A DNA stretch of 63,056 bases, the filler included, from Platydemus manokwari (lineage: Eukaryota): the NCBI GenBank assembly GCA_037951405.1. It is 6 parts of 6 records of this genome, joined end to end, with 100 filler letters (N's around TTAATTAATTAA, not from the genome) between each part and the next. Parts side by side here need not be neighbours in the genome. Positions count along the whole stretch, not along the records: positions 1 to 9,004 come from JBBMOY011315538.1; positions 9,105 to 22,699 come from JBBMOY011675846.1; 4 more parts are not named here. One strand, 5' to 3'. The notes beneath the pieces were generated by a model. That model saw only the letters and a list, made by a program, of their open reading frames with translations, was not told the origin of the DNA and ran no database searches. Positions 1 through 13,907 of this stretch are shown here, in pieces; position 1 is the first letter of the stretch, and each line of letters starts with the position of its first letter. Position numbers and translations under genes: made by a program.

Positions 1-283
1 TAATAATAATAATAATACTAACAATTCTATTTATTCTCGTCGTTTATGCTGATCGATTTTCATGAAATCATTCTAATGTTGATCATAATCAATAGACGAC
101 AACAGAATTAATCTATTGATAATCATAAATGGATTTTTTATTGAATGATGATTATACCGTGAAGAAATAATAGACAAAAAAATATATTGAAATACAAAAA
201 TCATCACAAAATAATGACGAAAGTCATTTGGTCGTTTTAAAAAACCGATATAAACATAAAAATGTAGAAAATGTCATTGTGAT

Positions 284-3200
284 TCAATTATCCGATTCCA
301 GTTCCGCATTTTGACGAGTAAGCTTGAGAGTGGTTTCGGTGAAATTTGGACTGTCTTGAACGATATTGTCTTTGGTACTGCTGATAATGTCTTCGTTATT
401 TGCACCTATATTGTTGCACATAATTTGATCTACAACATGTAAATTGACATATTAATTATTGTCATTTACCTTTTTTCCAATCGTCCTCAGCAATATTTGA
501 AACGGTTGAATTCTAAAATAATGAACCAATTACGGAAAAGAAATTTTAACAGCATTAAAAGCATTGTCTTTTGTAAGAAAAATCTCTTATTCTCCTGGAA
601 ATATGAAAAATCCTAAGATCACCGGCTATACGTTTAAATGCGCATATAACCGATTCTATCATTTTAATATCGATTTATGCCGCCATTTATACCTATTATT
701 CATTCCTGAGAAATAGCTACAACGATTATAATGTATTCGAATCGACTTGACTATTAATTAGTCTGTCGTATAAATACCAGGATATAAAACAAAAGGTTTA
801 ATTAAATTAAATGCGATAAGTGGAATCGTGATTCTTGGAATGTTAACGAGAATTATTTTAATATATATATATATATTATCAATACAATTATTCCTATAAT
901 ATACTGTTTCCTGCTGAACGCATGGGTTTGTAAATACATAAGAGAATATATCGCTCTTAAAACTTCATAGTTAGCTTTTCAAAAAAAGCCAAGTTACATG
1001 AAACCGTGAGCAGTTTTCAGTACAAAGTATGAGGCCATGTTCTGAAAAAAGTGTTTAACTTTCACCGTAAAAACATCATACAAAGCTTTAAGCACAATTC
1101 TAAACGAGCTCTTCAATATATTATCGATCAAAGAAACTAACCTGATCCCAAGCCTTTGTCAGATCATTCATTTGGAAATTGAGATTCTGCAACTCACTGA
1201 TGTGTAACGAAACGATAGCAGTTTGTGTCAATAAGTTTGGATCGATTTTCTGGAATTTATCAAGCATCTCCGTTCCGATATCGGTATAGTTTTGCAGTAA
1301 CTTTAAATATTTCAGGAAAAACTCATTGAATGTATTGTTTGCTTCTTGAGATGTCTAGAATCAATGATGATATAAAAGTTATTATGATAGTAAATCCTAA
1401 TATTCAATAAAACACACAACCAATCTCAAAATTCTTTTCGCATTCGTGATGTTTAGCTTATCGGAAATGGAGAATGTCGCCTTATATATAAAAAATATTC
1501 CATGGAAATTATTTATGGTCAACAATAAATGATCGAATCAATGAAGCGTAGAGAATTATTACGATACAATAATAAATACCTTCTATACTCATTGTAAAAT
1601 TATAAAAGTTTTTCGTGAATGGAATTATTGAAAAAAATCAATGGGTTTTGCATGCAGAATTATGAAATACTTTTAAAATATATTGTCCTAATATAAAATT
1701 AAAGTATATAATGAAAAGAGAAACACCTGAAATTTCTCTTCCGTATCCCTCAGGTCTTCAGAAATGAGATCAATAGTTTTCTGGAAACCAATTGATAAAT
1801 CGCCTTCAAAAAAACTTTCAGCTGTGATCAATGAGAATATAAACATATAGAATACCTAAATTATTCAGTATTGAAGTTATGGTCGAATTGTTAGGAGAAT
1901 AGTCTGTAATGTCTTTGTCTTCATATGTCATCTCGGTGAGTGTGTCAATATTCGGCGATATGGCCATATCGTTCTTTGGCGATTTTCTTGTTATTTTTAC
2001 GATATGATCAAACCACCTGTTATTGATATTATAATGTCATTGTATTACTTAAATATTATTAATATTATTATTCATTATCATTATCGAATATCGCACAATC
2101 AGCCCCGACTCAAAACTAAGTTTGCATTAATTCTTTAAACATTCGTTCTATTAGAACCAGATAACCTTAGAAATGTATTGAATAAACAAATTCAACTTTT
2201 TAAAGAACAGAAAACTGTCTTGAAGAGGCTAAAACCTATTTTGGGAATTTTTATTGCAAATCTACAGATCGCAAGTAAATTCTTTCTTCATTTGATAGAT
2301 TTAGACCATCTGGAATTAATAACTATAATGGGCAAGCCAAGCATTATGTTAATAATTGCGACCATATAGTTACTGTAATAGCTAATGGTGTGAATAGAAT
2401 GAGTGAAAGTTTCTCTTTACGAAACTTATCTAAAAATCTCAATATTTCAAAATAATCGGTTCATTACATTTTGTCAACGAATACGAGTCTCAAATGCTTT
2501 CACATTTCTTTGTTTCAAAAGCTTAAAGAGAATGAAAGGACCTTAAAGAAAACCAAAGTTGGAAGAGAAAGTCTTTATAAAATGAGACTTAAAAATTCAT
2601 ATTGTGAGACATTTTATAAATATTAGCATGCCTAATTAACCTTGTTTTAATCACGTTATGATCCAGATATGTGGACATTGACCAAAAATAGCGGAATCAC
2701 CATCTTCTCCACCATAAAACGTAATAATAGTCCTGATTCAGTAATCAAATTTACCTTCTCAAGTTTTCATATTAAAAGATCATTTTTGATATTTGTGAGA
2801 GAAATGGTCATGTGATCAAATCCACCAATAGGCGAATAATAAAATACTAATTCGGTGTCCTATCAGATATTAATAATTAGTAGGCATTACAAGAACCGGT
2901 GTCGAGTTATGACATAATCCAATCATCAAACTCCATCGAATTAAGCAACGTTGTGTATTATCGCAGTCTGTCACCATTCATTCATAGGAAAATTAATATT
3001 CATGCCCGAACACATGAGATATTCATTGATATTTGAGATATTTATCCAATCATTTGAAAAATAATGATAATATAAACAAATATAATCAAATGATTGATCC
3101 ATCCAATGTTTATGTTAAAGGTCAAATATCACACAGAATATCACTCAAATTATTCCAACAATCAAACAATTCCAACCCAATGAAAAGACGAAATGAATGA

Positions 3201-6200
3201 ATGAAAAAGCAAAATTGACCTCAAAGCTTTCAGACCCAAGCAGATCACAATCAATCCAATAATCCCAACAAATCTGTATTGAATAAATCTTGTAATACAA
3301 CACACACACACATGATTGATCCATACAATGTTTATATTAAAGGTCAAATCAGAATTTCACTCATTATTATTTTGACATTTTTTACAATTTTCATTCATTG
3401 GAATAATAAACTAAACCTGGAATCGTTATGGTAAATATCTATCTCAACAAATTCACAATCACCGTTGTTATTGATACTTAGTGATCAATATATTTTAATG
3501 ACAAACCTTTCAGATAAAAATATCAACTCATACTAAATAAAGGATTTCTTTATATTCATCTTTTTCACAGCTTAATATCAAAAATAATATAACCGATGTT
3601 TGATAACTGAAGTTTGATACCAACTTGATAATAACTACACCTAAAAGCCACTGAAAAAACGACAATTACAGTCTCAGGGAATAATATATTTACATTGTTT
3701 AGTACTTGTCTTTTCTTAAATTTATAATTACTTATTATATGCTATTATTATAGAGCTAGCCATTAAAACAACTGGAAAGCTAGGCTTAAGTTAAGACCTG
3801 CTTTCGTTATAATGAATTTTCGCGCATCAGATAATTTTATTTGATTTATTCGTACAATTCAGTTAATATCTCATTTTATAAGATGTCTAATAGTGTCAAA
3901 ACATAGTTTTAAAACCAAGTTCCCATTCTAATCACAACACTTCTATATGATTATTTGAATTTTTAAATTTATTTAATTATAAATCGAGTTAGTTAATTAC
4001 AGATATGTTTAATAATATCATTGGTTATTTTTAATAAATAATTGTAAAAATTGGGAATATCTCTCAATTTGCTTCTAATGTTAAAAAGGGGTCCTCGCTA
4101 ATTTTCAACAAATTGCAATTTAACCTACTTTTTTCATTTTATCAAATAATCAAATTTTAGGAAATTTTGAAGCTCTTGTATATTTAATATTCGACATCAA
4201 ACAACTAATGTTCTTCTTAAGTACTTAAATTAAAAATACACTAAACAAATTTAAAATTTCATTTAAGGATTTTTTAATTTAACCACAATTCTAACTAGCT
4301 CTCGACCATTATATAGATATGTATAGTTATCGATTATTAGTTGTCCAATTTCGTCTACAAAATGTTATATTTTGATTTTAGTTTTCGATTATCCGTTATC
4401 AACCATTAGATGCCAATGATAAATTAATGATAATCGGTTTAAAATTTTACTCATCTGCTTATAATCAGTAAAAACTGCTAAATTAGTAGACTAAAGATAA
4501 CTTGCAAACACCTTACAACAAATAATATTTTCTCGGTAATTTTTATCGATTTGATAAATCAAATTATACCAATGAATTAATGGCGATGAAATAAAATCTA
4601 TTATATGGTCTATTTTAGGACCCTTTTTTAACTTGATCAATATCAGTAGCTCTTTATTATTTCCATAATGAAGTCAAATTGATTTCGTAATTATCGTTAT
4701 CTCTACATAATAATTAAAAATTCTAAAACTCGAATTTGTGCGCGTCTATTAATTTTTCATTGTCTGAAATCAAAGGATCGAATAACAAAAGTCCAAATAT
4801 GAAAATTAAGAATTTAAGCTAAAGTGGCATAAGAAAAATAACAAAACTGGTGAGCCTTCAAAATTCGATGACAATTCTTGAAAATTGAGTATCAAAAATT
4901 GAAAAATGACGATTAAGTTTTTGAATTTTAATAATAAATTAAGAATAAATTAAAATGGTTTTTATAATTATGAGATTTATAGCAAGAAATCCAAATAAAA
5001 TTCAATGTTGGGTCTTTTGGTTGGGATTCAGATTCAGAGATTCTTAAATATGATGGTATTCTTATCTTCTTAATTTTTTTCTTTAAAGCTCATCGTCTTG
5101 ATTACAGTACATCAAAAAATTTTTCTTTATTTGCATTTAATTCCAAGTGCTGTCATTGCTTTTTGTTGCCCAAATAATTTTTGATAGCATTACCCCTGTA
5201 AGAATCTCCTCTTTATGTTTGTCTCCCTTATGCGCTAGTACAGGTTTTCCTATTAAAAATAACTTGTTTTGAACAAAAAGTCAATACTCCATGAATAAAA
5301 TATGTATAACTAGACTAAACAGTTGGGTCTTGCATTTTTGATACTCTTTCCAAGCTCATCATCATTTTCAAAGAGCTTACTATGCTTATTTTCAAGAAAT
5401 CGTTGATCATCCATTTGGAATTTATCATCAATTAACAGGATGACACTTTTCATTCTATTTTGATATTAAGTAATGACATTCATGTTCTAGGAAAATGGTG
5501 TACTTTAGGTTTTATCGCTGATCTTATATTTATATTGTTGGTTTATATTTATGATCGACACACGGTTAGATTTTTATTACGAATTAAAATTGTAATTTTA
5601 AACGAACTGAAAGCTTAAGACAACAAGCTATCTAAACAAATTAATGTAATTTAATATTTTAATCAAATATTTACAAATTTAATTCATATAAAAACTCCCA
5701 CATTTTCCTTTCTTTAAAATCTTTGATTTCATTTGTATTTTTACTCGTCTCTGTATTGATTACTGTATATATTTATCTAGATGAAAATCTCTAATTCTCT
5801 ATCTTCTTAAATCCTTATGTATCTCCTTTATATATTCGTCCTTCTCTTAAAAGATTTCCCCACAATTATCAAGGTCATCTTTTCTTTCATCTTCACCATC
5901 AAAGCTTCGAATTAATTTTGGTGAAATTTTGCTGACTACTCGCATAGATTACTGGAGTTTTTATTAAATAATTTTGATGAATAATGAATAGGAAGCCAAA
6001 GTGAGAGATGGAGAGGCGATTTTGTTAATATTCAAGTAATAATATAAAGAAATAATATTCTAACATATCTCGATCTTTCTCTAATTTAAACAGAATCTGA
6101 ACAAGAATGGCTTGTTTGATGAGTAGAATCGTTAACTCAAATGAATGATCTACAACGGAGATCAGATTTGCCATACTATTAATGAATTACGTTTGATTTC

Positions 6201-8023
6201 TTTGACTGTCTGTTTCGTTACATGAACCTGATCAAAATATATGACTGGGAACAATTTCTGCTGATTTAACGATCTGAATTGCTTCAATATGTATTTTTCG
6301 TTTTCTTTTTGTAATATAATCATTTTGTTTTCATAACAAATAGCCGCTCCTTCAATTTCCTCTCTCGTATACACAGAAGAACACTGAAATCAATAAGATA
6401 TCGTTCTTTATAATGACATAAACAATGCCGAATGAAACATTTACCGTATTTTTAGATTCATTGAATTGAAGCTGTCTTAGATTTGATATCACAATTAATT
6501 GGAAATCGATAAAATGATCTTTGAAAATGGTTTTCGGGAAATTGGTAATAAACTTCTGAGCAAATCATAATAAATATATAATAATTATTATTAAATTTAT
6601 TATGTAGGATTGGAACAAAAGTCTTGTCCGATCAAAAATAATATTTATTTAACCAATAAAAAAATATGTGACATGAGAAATATAAACAAAACATCATTCG
6701 TCTGTAAATCTGAAATGTTGAAAAATAATCACCTTGAACAGCCAAATTCTTTTGCCAGCGTTCCGAAAATTGTTTTATGGCTTGGTCATAGAATTCCGCA
6801 ATTATCGTTCATCTATTAAACGGAGTCATACGTTTTCCCACGAAGTGAGTTTTTCATAGGGGAAAATAGGTAAAAGTCTTAAGGGTCAATGTTTTGGGTG
6901 TATGATGAATGCGGTATAACAATAAAACCGATCTGAACAAGCTTATTTTCAGTCCAACGTTTCACATGCTGTCGAACGTTATCGTGAAAGAAATGGAACT
7001 TTTCAAAATTGTTTCCACACAACCAACGGCCTCTTTTCTCGAATCGCAGTAAATTTCTGCTTTATGTTTTCGTAGACACGGTACCAGTGCCAAATACGGA
7101 GGTAATCTTCTTCTCAATTTCTGTGGAATTCATTCCATCTTTACACTAAAAATACGTCAGCTTTTTCAAATCGCTTCGCTTAAACTCCATCATATGCCAC
7201 AAAATAATATTTTTTAAATGATAGCTATCTGAAACAATTATTTAATTATAAGATAGAAATTAAATATTTAAAAAAGAATTTAATAATGCATTTAAACAAA
7301 ACATTTCTTCATAAAACATTGAAATTTTTTAGATTTACAGATGATTGATGTTTTGTTTATATTTATCAATTTACATATTGTCTTTATTGGTTAAATAAAT
7401 ATTATTTCCTATCGGACAAGACTTTCGTCTCAATCATATAATAATGGAGTCAATATATGATTGAATCCATAGATCAGGAACAAATGGTGGCGGTTGTCAG
7501 ATATTCAAATCAACTAAGGAGTATTTATGTATTAACCATTTATTTATGGAGAAATTCGAAATTTCTTGTCACAGGTGTCACTTAATTGTAGAAAAGGAGG
7601 AAGTAGTGTGTTTATCGATGAACTAATTGCTGTAATCCTCATCGGCTCATTAGGCCAACACATGAACACGTATAAATAATTATTACAATCTATCGGAGTC
7701 TCAGAAGGTTTATTAATTTATTTTTGTACATTCATCTCATTGCTTTTCGAAAATGCTAAAAAAATTGATTTGAGTAAAACAAATCCTGCCTGTTAACTAA
7801 ATCCAACATCAACACGATAGAAAGGCTGATCGATTATATTAATCAATATTTCTTACTTCGAATTTATCATCGTTTTCCATTTCCCGATTTGATTTTGCGT
7901 ATTTCAAAGAACTTATCACGGATCCATTATTGATCAGTTTAACAAGCGGCATGCATCTTTCATCAATAAATCGAGGTAAATAGCTCAGCTTCAGTTGAAC
8001 CGATTTCCAAATCAATGCTTCAT
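284..8023 (-). CDS. 3' part of a multi-exon DH-PH Rho guanine nucleotide exchange factor-like gene (5' end not identified)
   Basis: Ten exons with GT-AG boundaries and matching phases: 7857-8023, 6445-6555, 6191-6383, 6065-6149, 1856-2016, 1727-1821, 1421-1480, 1142-1354, 470-512, 284-429 (TGA). The spliced protein includes ENKMIILQKENEKYILKQFRSLNQQKLFPVIYFDQVHV...FKLEKDRDMWFDHIVK, which resembles the PH domain of Lbc-family RhoGEFs (LLQKQD.K..L, PVI.L, terminal-helix Trp). Gene structure is well supported; family call is less certain. Confidence 0.65.
2180..2760 (+). mobile_element. Degenerate Tc1/mariner-superfamily transposase remnant in an intron
   Basis: Broken frame ...SFSLRNLSKNLNISK*SVHYILSTNTSLKCFHISLFQKLKEN resembles the second HTH and linker of Tc1/mariner transposases; many stops. 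Confidence 0.4.
3091..3363. repeat. Imperfect ~50 bp direct repeat pair
   Basis: tgattgatccatccaatgtttatgttaaaggtcaaat (from 3091) vs tgattgatccatacaatgtttatattaaaggtcaaat (from 3313). Confidence 0.75.
6603..7440 (-). mobile_element. Internally deleted mariner element with ~58 bp terminal inverted repeats, inside a RhoGEF intron
   Basis: TIRs at 6603-6660 and 7383-7440 share aaagtcttgtccgat and aaataatatttatttaaccaataaa. The minus strand gives MEFKRSDLKKLTYF*CKDGMNSTEIEKKI (N-terminal HTH) joined to HFFHDNVRQHV...IPHSSYTQNIDP*DFYLFSPMKNSLRGK, the degenerate HDNARPH / YSPDLAPSDFYLF mariner motifs. Confidence 0.9.
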
Positions 8024-8969
8024 CTGTTATCAGGAAAGATATATAAATAAATATTTATTGGTAATTGGATTTGGAACAATTATATTTCAACAGAAAATCT
8101 ATTCATTAAAACAAAACCTAATAATTAATTTGATTTGGAAAATTAATTTATCGATATTCTATGTCCAAATGTCTGGAAAAGTTTTTCATGTGCAAATGAA
8201 AGTTAATTAACTTTGCTTTTGTTTTAATAAAATCAATCGATAAATGATAATGAAATTAAAAAATTATTGGAGAAAATACAATTCATAATTATCGATTTTT
8301 TTTAATAAAAGTATAAATTATTTTAAAAAATAATATATAAAAAAATAAAATAATAAAAAAAGAATTTATATTTAAAATAAGGAACGAATATTATTAACGA
8401 TATCACGTCCTGCGAAGAAAAGGTTTTAAAAAATCTTCTGAGTTGAAATTCGAAATTATCGAATAATTATTGCTGTAAATAAACAAATATTGGCTTCTGA
8501 GTTTGTTTACATCTCCAACAAATAGAAATATAACAACAACGACTTAATACATTCGAAACAATTGAGATTTACGGCTTCTAGGAACAACAAGATATTATAC
8601 GACGTGTAGCAATTAAAAAGGCAACATAGGGATTTATTTTCAATCGCATATTCCAAGCTACGCCATGTGGAAAAATAATTCGGCCCTGATCATCAGTGTT
8701 TCGAGAAAATATAACAAAGAGGAAATGTGGCTAGGGTTGTCTACCTTTTATGAGTAGAATCAACTAGCTACTGAACAGAAAGGTCGTTCAATACTATGCT
8801 GATTTATTATAACAAATTTATTGATTCTTGGCGATCTCTAACAAACAATCCATTTATATATCGACTTTCAGTCATTTCTACTCATCAGTTCAGGATAGAA
8901 CTTACTGACAATCTTTCAGATGTTCGAACCATATGCCACTATAGTAAGCTTTACTGTCAATACCCATTG

Positions 8970-9004
8970 AATAATAATAACAATAATAATAATGATAATA
9001 ATAA
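8970..9004. repeat. (AAT)n microsatellite at contig end
   Basis: aataataataacaataataataatgataataataa directly before the gap. Confidence 0.85.
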
Positions 9005-9104
9005 NNNNNNNNNNNNNNNNNNNNNNNNNNNNNNNNNNNNNNNNNNNNTTAATTAATTAANNNNNNNNNNNNNNNNNNNNNNNNNNNNNNNNNNNNNNNN
9101 NNNN
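9005..9104. other. Artificial contig spacer
   Basis: N44-TTAATTAATTAA-N44 (stops in all six frames), identical at five places. Confidence 0.97.
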
Positions 9105-10006
9105 TATGGAATTGTTTCATGAGCAATAGTGTATAAGAGATTTGTTGATAATATTGATTTTCAGAAATACCAATTGTCGTACATGATTACAATGGATGAG
9201 ACAGCTGTATTTATGGGACAAGATTCGCAGATAACAGTAGACATTCGTGGTGCATCATCAACAGGTTATGAAAACTAGAGGGTTGCCTGTATTCTTGCAC
9301 TTTGTTTGGATGGAGCAAAGCCAGCGCCTTTTATTATTATTAAAGAAAAGAAAAATAAAATTGAGCAGTTGGCTGGTGTGTACATTTTGGAAACAGAAAA
9401 GGCATGGAGTACCCAAGCAGTAATTAGAAAATGGATTGACCTAATGTTGAAAATAGTTTTATGAGGCAACAGAAGATGTTTACTTACTAATTATATGAAA
9501 AATTTTCTTTAAGCAAGAAGCGTTGATCAAATAATGAAACCGGCTGGCATGACAGGGTATCTTCAAAGTTCAAATTTGGTAATAAATAAGCCATTTAAGG
9601 ACAATATTAGTTTAGAAATCAATGAGTATATTGAGAAGAGAATTATAAGAAATGAAAAGGGAAACTTTGTAAAACCGAATCCACAAGTAATAGTCAAGCG
9701 GATTAGTTATACCTGTGCTAAAATTAATGATAACTGTGTCAAAAAAGCTTTGAATACTGCTTCATTGCAAAAAATGAAAGATTAAGACCACTTATCAAAG
9801 AAAAACTTAATTCACAGGAATTAATTGAGTGTTCAAAATCTTGTCGCAGGAGAGGACGACTTAACTGTGTTTGATTAAAATGCCTGTATCTTATTTAAAC
9901 CTTTGAAGTATTATAATAAAAATATTTTGATTTTTTTAATTAATCGGTATAAACCTTAACAATTTTATTATTTATAATTTATAGGGTCCGAATTTAATTC
10001 CGACAG
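9105..10006 (+). mobile_element. pogo-family (DDE_1) transposase pseudogene with probable right terminal repeat
   Basis: ITMDETAVFMG...RVACILALCLDGAKPAPFIIIK...KAWSTQAVIRKWI and MKPAGMTGYLQSSNLVINKPFKD match the pogo MDET, G.KLPP.II.K, AW and P.G.T..LQP.D..N.PFK motifs. Terminal-like gggtccgaatttaattccgacag-TA at ~9984-10008. Confidence 0.85.
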
Positions 10007-11544
10007 TAATGATAACATCAGTGAAGAGAATTGCAATGGTGATAAGAATGCGGATAAATCAATCTCCAAATGGATTGTGAGACAGCTATAATGAATTACA
10101 ATTTTCAAACGAAAATGAGATAACAAAGATAGTTTAGAAATGAACACCGAATTTAAAATAAATTTTTTTATAATTTTGAGTTATATTAAAATAAAATCGA
10201 AGGTTTGGCGTTATTGAATATCGAATAATAGACAAATAAAGGAAAGAGCTGTTGGTATATTAAAAATTAAAACTTGTTTATCATGGTTACGTTATTGAAA
10301 GATTAATTTTATTTGAAAAATTTCATTGAATTCTCTACTAGAGGAAAAATAAGGCAAATAAGAAACAATTGTTAGAATTGAAATGTATAACAAAATACAT
10401 TATAGTCAATAATAATTGACCTATAACAATGAAAAATATACCGGCACCTACTAGTTTAAAACTCAAGACAATTTATGAAAGATATACATTCACAAGAAAC
10501 AATTAAAGACGGAGTAATAAATATCCCGTAGTTAATAGAAGAGAAGGGGAAATAAATATTAATGAGTAGAAACATGAATATGGAAACTAAATGACAACAA
10601 ACACACCATGAAAAAGAGAAAGCTAGTATCCTAAATTAAACTAGTAATCCAGATCAGGGTAATTTTCTTTAAATAAATTTTTTATATCTTGATGATATTG
10701 CTTAATTAACGTCTTTGTTAAATATTATAAATTCAATGGATCGAGTTTTCATTGATTTATGAGAATATTTATATTCAATAAATATATTTATTTTAAAATA
10801 TGTTTTAATCTTTTATGTCGATGTATTTTATTTTATTTTTATCTATTCTTTAGAAAAATCATTATTAATATTATAAAGAAAAACACAACCAGCTACACAC
10901 AATTGATTTTTATTACTTGCTTTAATAACTAGGAATATTTGAACACCAATTTAGTAAAATTGTTCGGATTTTCTGATTGAATTTCAAAAATAAAATTGAT
11001 TAGTTTTTTACAAGTAAATTGATATAAATATTGAGGTAATTCGATTAAGATTCCAATTAATGGAACTTTGTGATCAAATGGGATACACTCATTACCGTGT
11101 TCAACAAGAAGAATAATCATAAAGCTAATCGATTTAAGACCAGGAAATTTGACAGCAGATTTTCGGGCCCTAATTAAAAGAAAATGGCGATAAACAAGAT
11201 ACCAGAATTTTAATAGTGCTTTACGAAACGAAGATCCCTTAAACATTACACACTTGATATTTGAATAACAACCAGAAACGATAGGGGAGGTTAGCCACTC
11301 TTTTCCTGTATTATACTAAAAGTAGATTTATTTGTACGTTCTGGGAGCTGTAAACGAGCAAAGTATTGTAAAAGTATTTACGAGAGTATTAATCGACCAG
11401 GAGTAGTCCCTCGGATAGAATCCTAAGTTTGAGCGCAGACGAGATTCGTTTCTTGATATACGAGTTTTCCATTGTTCATTGACTGTGAAAACGAATTCTT
11501 CTAATTCCAGAGAATTATTAAATAAATCTAAATATCCTAAGCCT

Positions 11545-12050
11545 GTACGTCTTTTATTTAATTTAAATAAAATACTAAAATTAGAATTATTTCCAAATGT
11601 AGTTTTTGTTAAATCAAACCAACTTGAGATGAATAAATTATATTACAATTAGTGTGCCTTCCTTTTTTTAATTAGCACTTATAATTTTTTTTCGTTTGTT
11701 ATGTAGCACAATCATCAAATATTATTAAATTCTTTTTAGATTGGTTTGGATCAAACAGACTAATAATTTAATCACAAATTTCTCTAATAACTAAAGTTTT
11801 TGTCAAATTTACCTTGTTCTTCACATATTTTGATTATACGTTCTTTTGATATGTCAATTTTAAAAGCATGATATAAAAGTTTAAATTCTTCTTGATAAAC
11901 CTCATGCAAAAATATTATTAAATTATTGTAATCTAAAAAATTTGCAGTTAATAACATTTTCAAAAGTAATCCAATTTTACCGCAACCCGAACTTCCAATA
12001 ATTAACATTCTGAAAGATGAAGGAACATTTCCGTTATTTTTAAATATCAT
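11545..12050 (-). pseudogene. Polinton/Maverick A32-like (FtsK-HerA) DNA packaging ATPase, frameshifted
   Basis: Walker A RMLIIGSSGCGK. After frameshifts: Walker B KKNLIIFDDC, KGRHTNCNIIYSSQ, and WFDLTKTTFGNNSNFSILFK, the conserved motif series of A32-type ATPases. Confidence 0.9.
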
Positions 12051-12369
12051 TTTATTTTGGTTCCAACCAAAGTCATTTTAAAAAGACTTTTTTATGCATA
12101 AAAATAACTTTAAAAGGAGCAATTATTTTTTTGAATGAAATTTCAAATTAAGAATATGAAACGTTCTAATATTATTTAGATAATATGAAATACGAATAAT
12201 AATATCTTAAAATGCTTTGATTATGAAGGAGGAGATATAATGGAGTTCCGTGCCGATTATGGGGTTCCTTAAAACAATCTTTAACGAAAAATAAGTTTTA
12301 AAATCAAATTTCTACTTGTTCTCATTCTGGAGAATTTCATTTTAAAAATATGAAGCCATTTTATAATAC

Positions 12370-12692
12370 TTATCCTTTTTTTATAATTTCATTGGGCGAA
12401 TATCGAATCTTCAATAACATTTACTAAATTATGATGAAATTCTAAATAATGATTATGGAAGATAAAATTTAAATATTTCACCTATTCCAAAAGAAAAACA
12501 TTTTCCAGTAATTGAATTGATGCAACTGCTATGCAACATGATGTCGATTTTATTTCAAAGGATTTACAAGATAGACATATTGCAGATTTAAAAATGAAAC
12601 AAAAAATGAATAATATTTCCCGTCTTACATTTAGACAAAAATTAGAGAAAATCATTAGTAAAGGTATTATAAAAGGAAAATAGTAATTGGGC
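12370..12692 (+). pseudogene. Parvovirus VP1u-like phospholipase A2 domain (PLA2X of Polintons/adintoviruses), degenerate
   Basis: YNFIGRISNLQ*HL...PIPKEKHFPV.IDATAMQHDVDFISKDLQDRHIADLKM...RQKLEKIISKGIIKGK**LG matches the Y..GP..L...P.N.LD.AA..HD..Y...R..AD pattern. Not in the ORF track because of stops and a frameshift. Confidence 0.8.
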
Positions 12693-12931
12693 AAAGATTG
12701 GAATATATAAGAAAAGCCAAAGATACTAAAAAATTATTGAGAATCCAGAAGATTTTAAAAAACAATCTAAATTATAGAATTAATATTAAAAGTATCATGA
12801 AAGGAAAGATCACTATCGGATAGAATTGGAATATGATAGAAAATCAAAAGATTTAGCTATTAAAAATATTCGAAAAATCGGAGGAAAAAGATACAAAATT
12901 AAATTATTCAAAATTACATGTTCCAACTAAA

Positions 12932-13600
12932 TTGGCATTACACCACGAAGGCTTATTAGGTCAAGAATTACACCATGATTATAAGAAAAATTTAGTTGTC
13001 AAGCCTAAAAAATCTAGTGATGGTCATAATTATGTTTTAATTGCTGTTGATTTATATACAGGATATGGTTGGTGGATTCCTTCAAAAGATAAAAAAAAAC
13101 AAGAGTTTAGTTGAAGTGTTTGAAAATTGTTTTGAGAAAGATTAAATAATTCCAAGATATATTTGGTTGGATAAAGAAGCTGGGATGACAAGTTAATTTT
13201 TTAAAACATCTTATGATGATAATTAAATTATTTTATGAACAAAAGAAAAGCAGAATTTCTTGATAGATTTATTAAAACTTTAAAAACCATTTTACAGCTG
13301 TTGGAAATCGATAATGGGTTAATAATTTATTAATAAATATAATAATAAAATTCATTCAAGTATTGGAGTGTGTTCTGTACAAGCTTAGAAAAATCCAGAA
13401 ATTGTTAGAGATTATAGAAAATCATAACAATTTTAATGATAATTCAAATAATATACAAACATTTAAAGTTTCGGATAAAGTTAGAATATTTAAATCTAAA
13501 AATAAATTTGATAAAGATATACAACACAAATTTGCAAAAGTTATATTTATTATTAAAGAGGTTTGTAAAACAAACATATAATTTATAAATGTTTAAAATA
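12932..13600 (+). pseudogene. Polinton/Maverick retroviral-like (rve) integrase, degenerate
   Basis: LGQELHHDYKK, GHNYVLIAVDLYTGYGWWIPSKDKK, PRYIWLDKEAG, DRFIKTLKT, YNNKIHSSIG and FKVSDKVRIFKSKNKFDK...IFII across frameshifts. Confidence 0.9.
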
Positions 13601-13907
13601 AAAGAATATTTGCTTGTGGAAAAGATGTAATATGGAAATATATTATTGAAGTGTTACCAAATTATGACTTTTGAATCCAAAATAAAAATGAAGAAGTGTT
13701 AGCAACTAACAAACATTATTATCATTGTCAACATTTGTCATGACGTAAAACTAAATGAAAATTACCAGATAAACATTTATTTTGAAAATATTTATAATTA
13801 CATGAAATATATGTCATTCGTTACCACTAATTTCTTGATTTGATCATGATTAAATATCTCAGGAAAATCAATAATTAGATCTTGACTAAATTGTTGGGAT
13901 AGCCCGC

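Noticed and set aside
1580-1670. Possible extra RhoGEF exon
   Set aside because: Stops in the usable frames; the flanking exons join in phase without it.
10929-11246. 105-aa minus-strand ORF as a Polinton capsid protein
   Set aside because: No jelly-roll motifs recognised; the opposite strand looks more coding.
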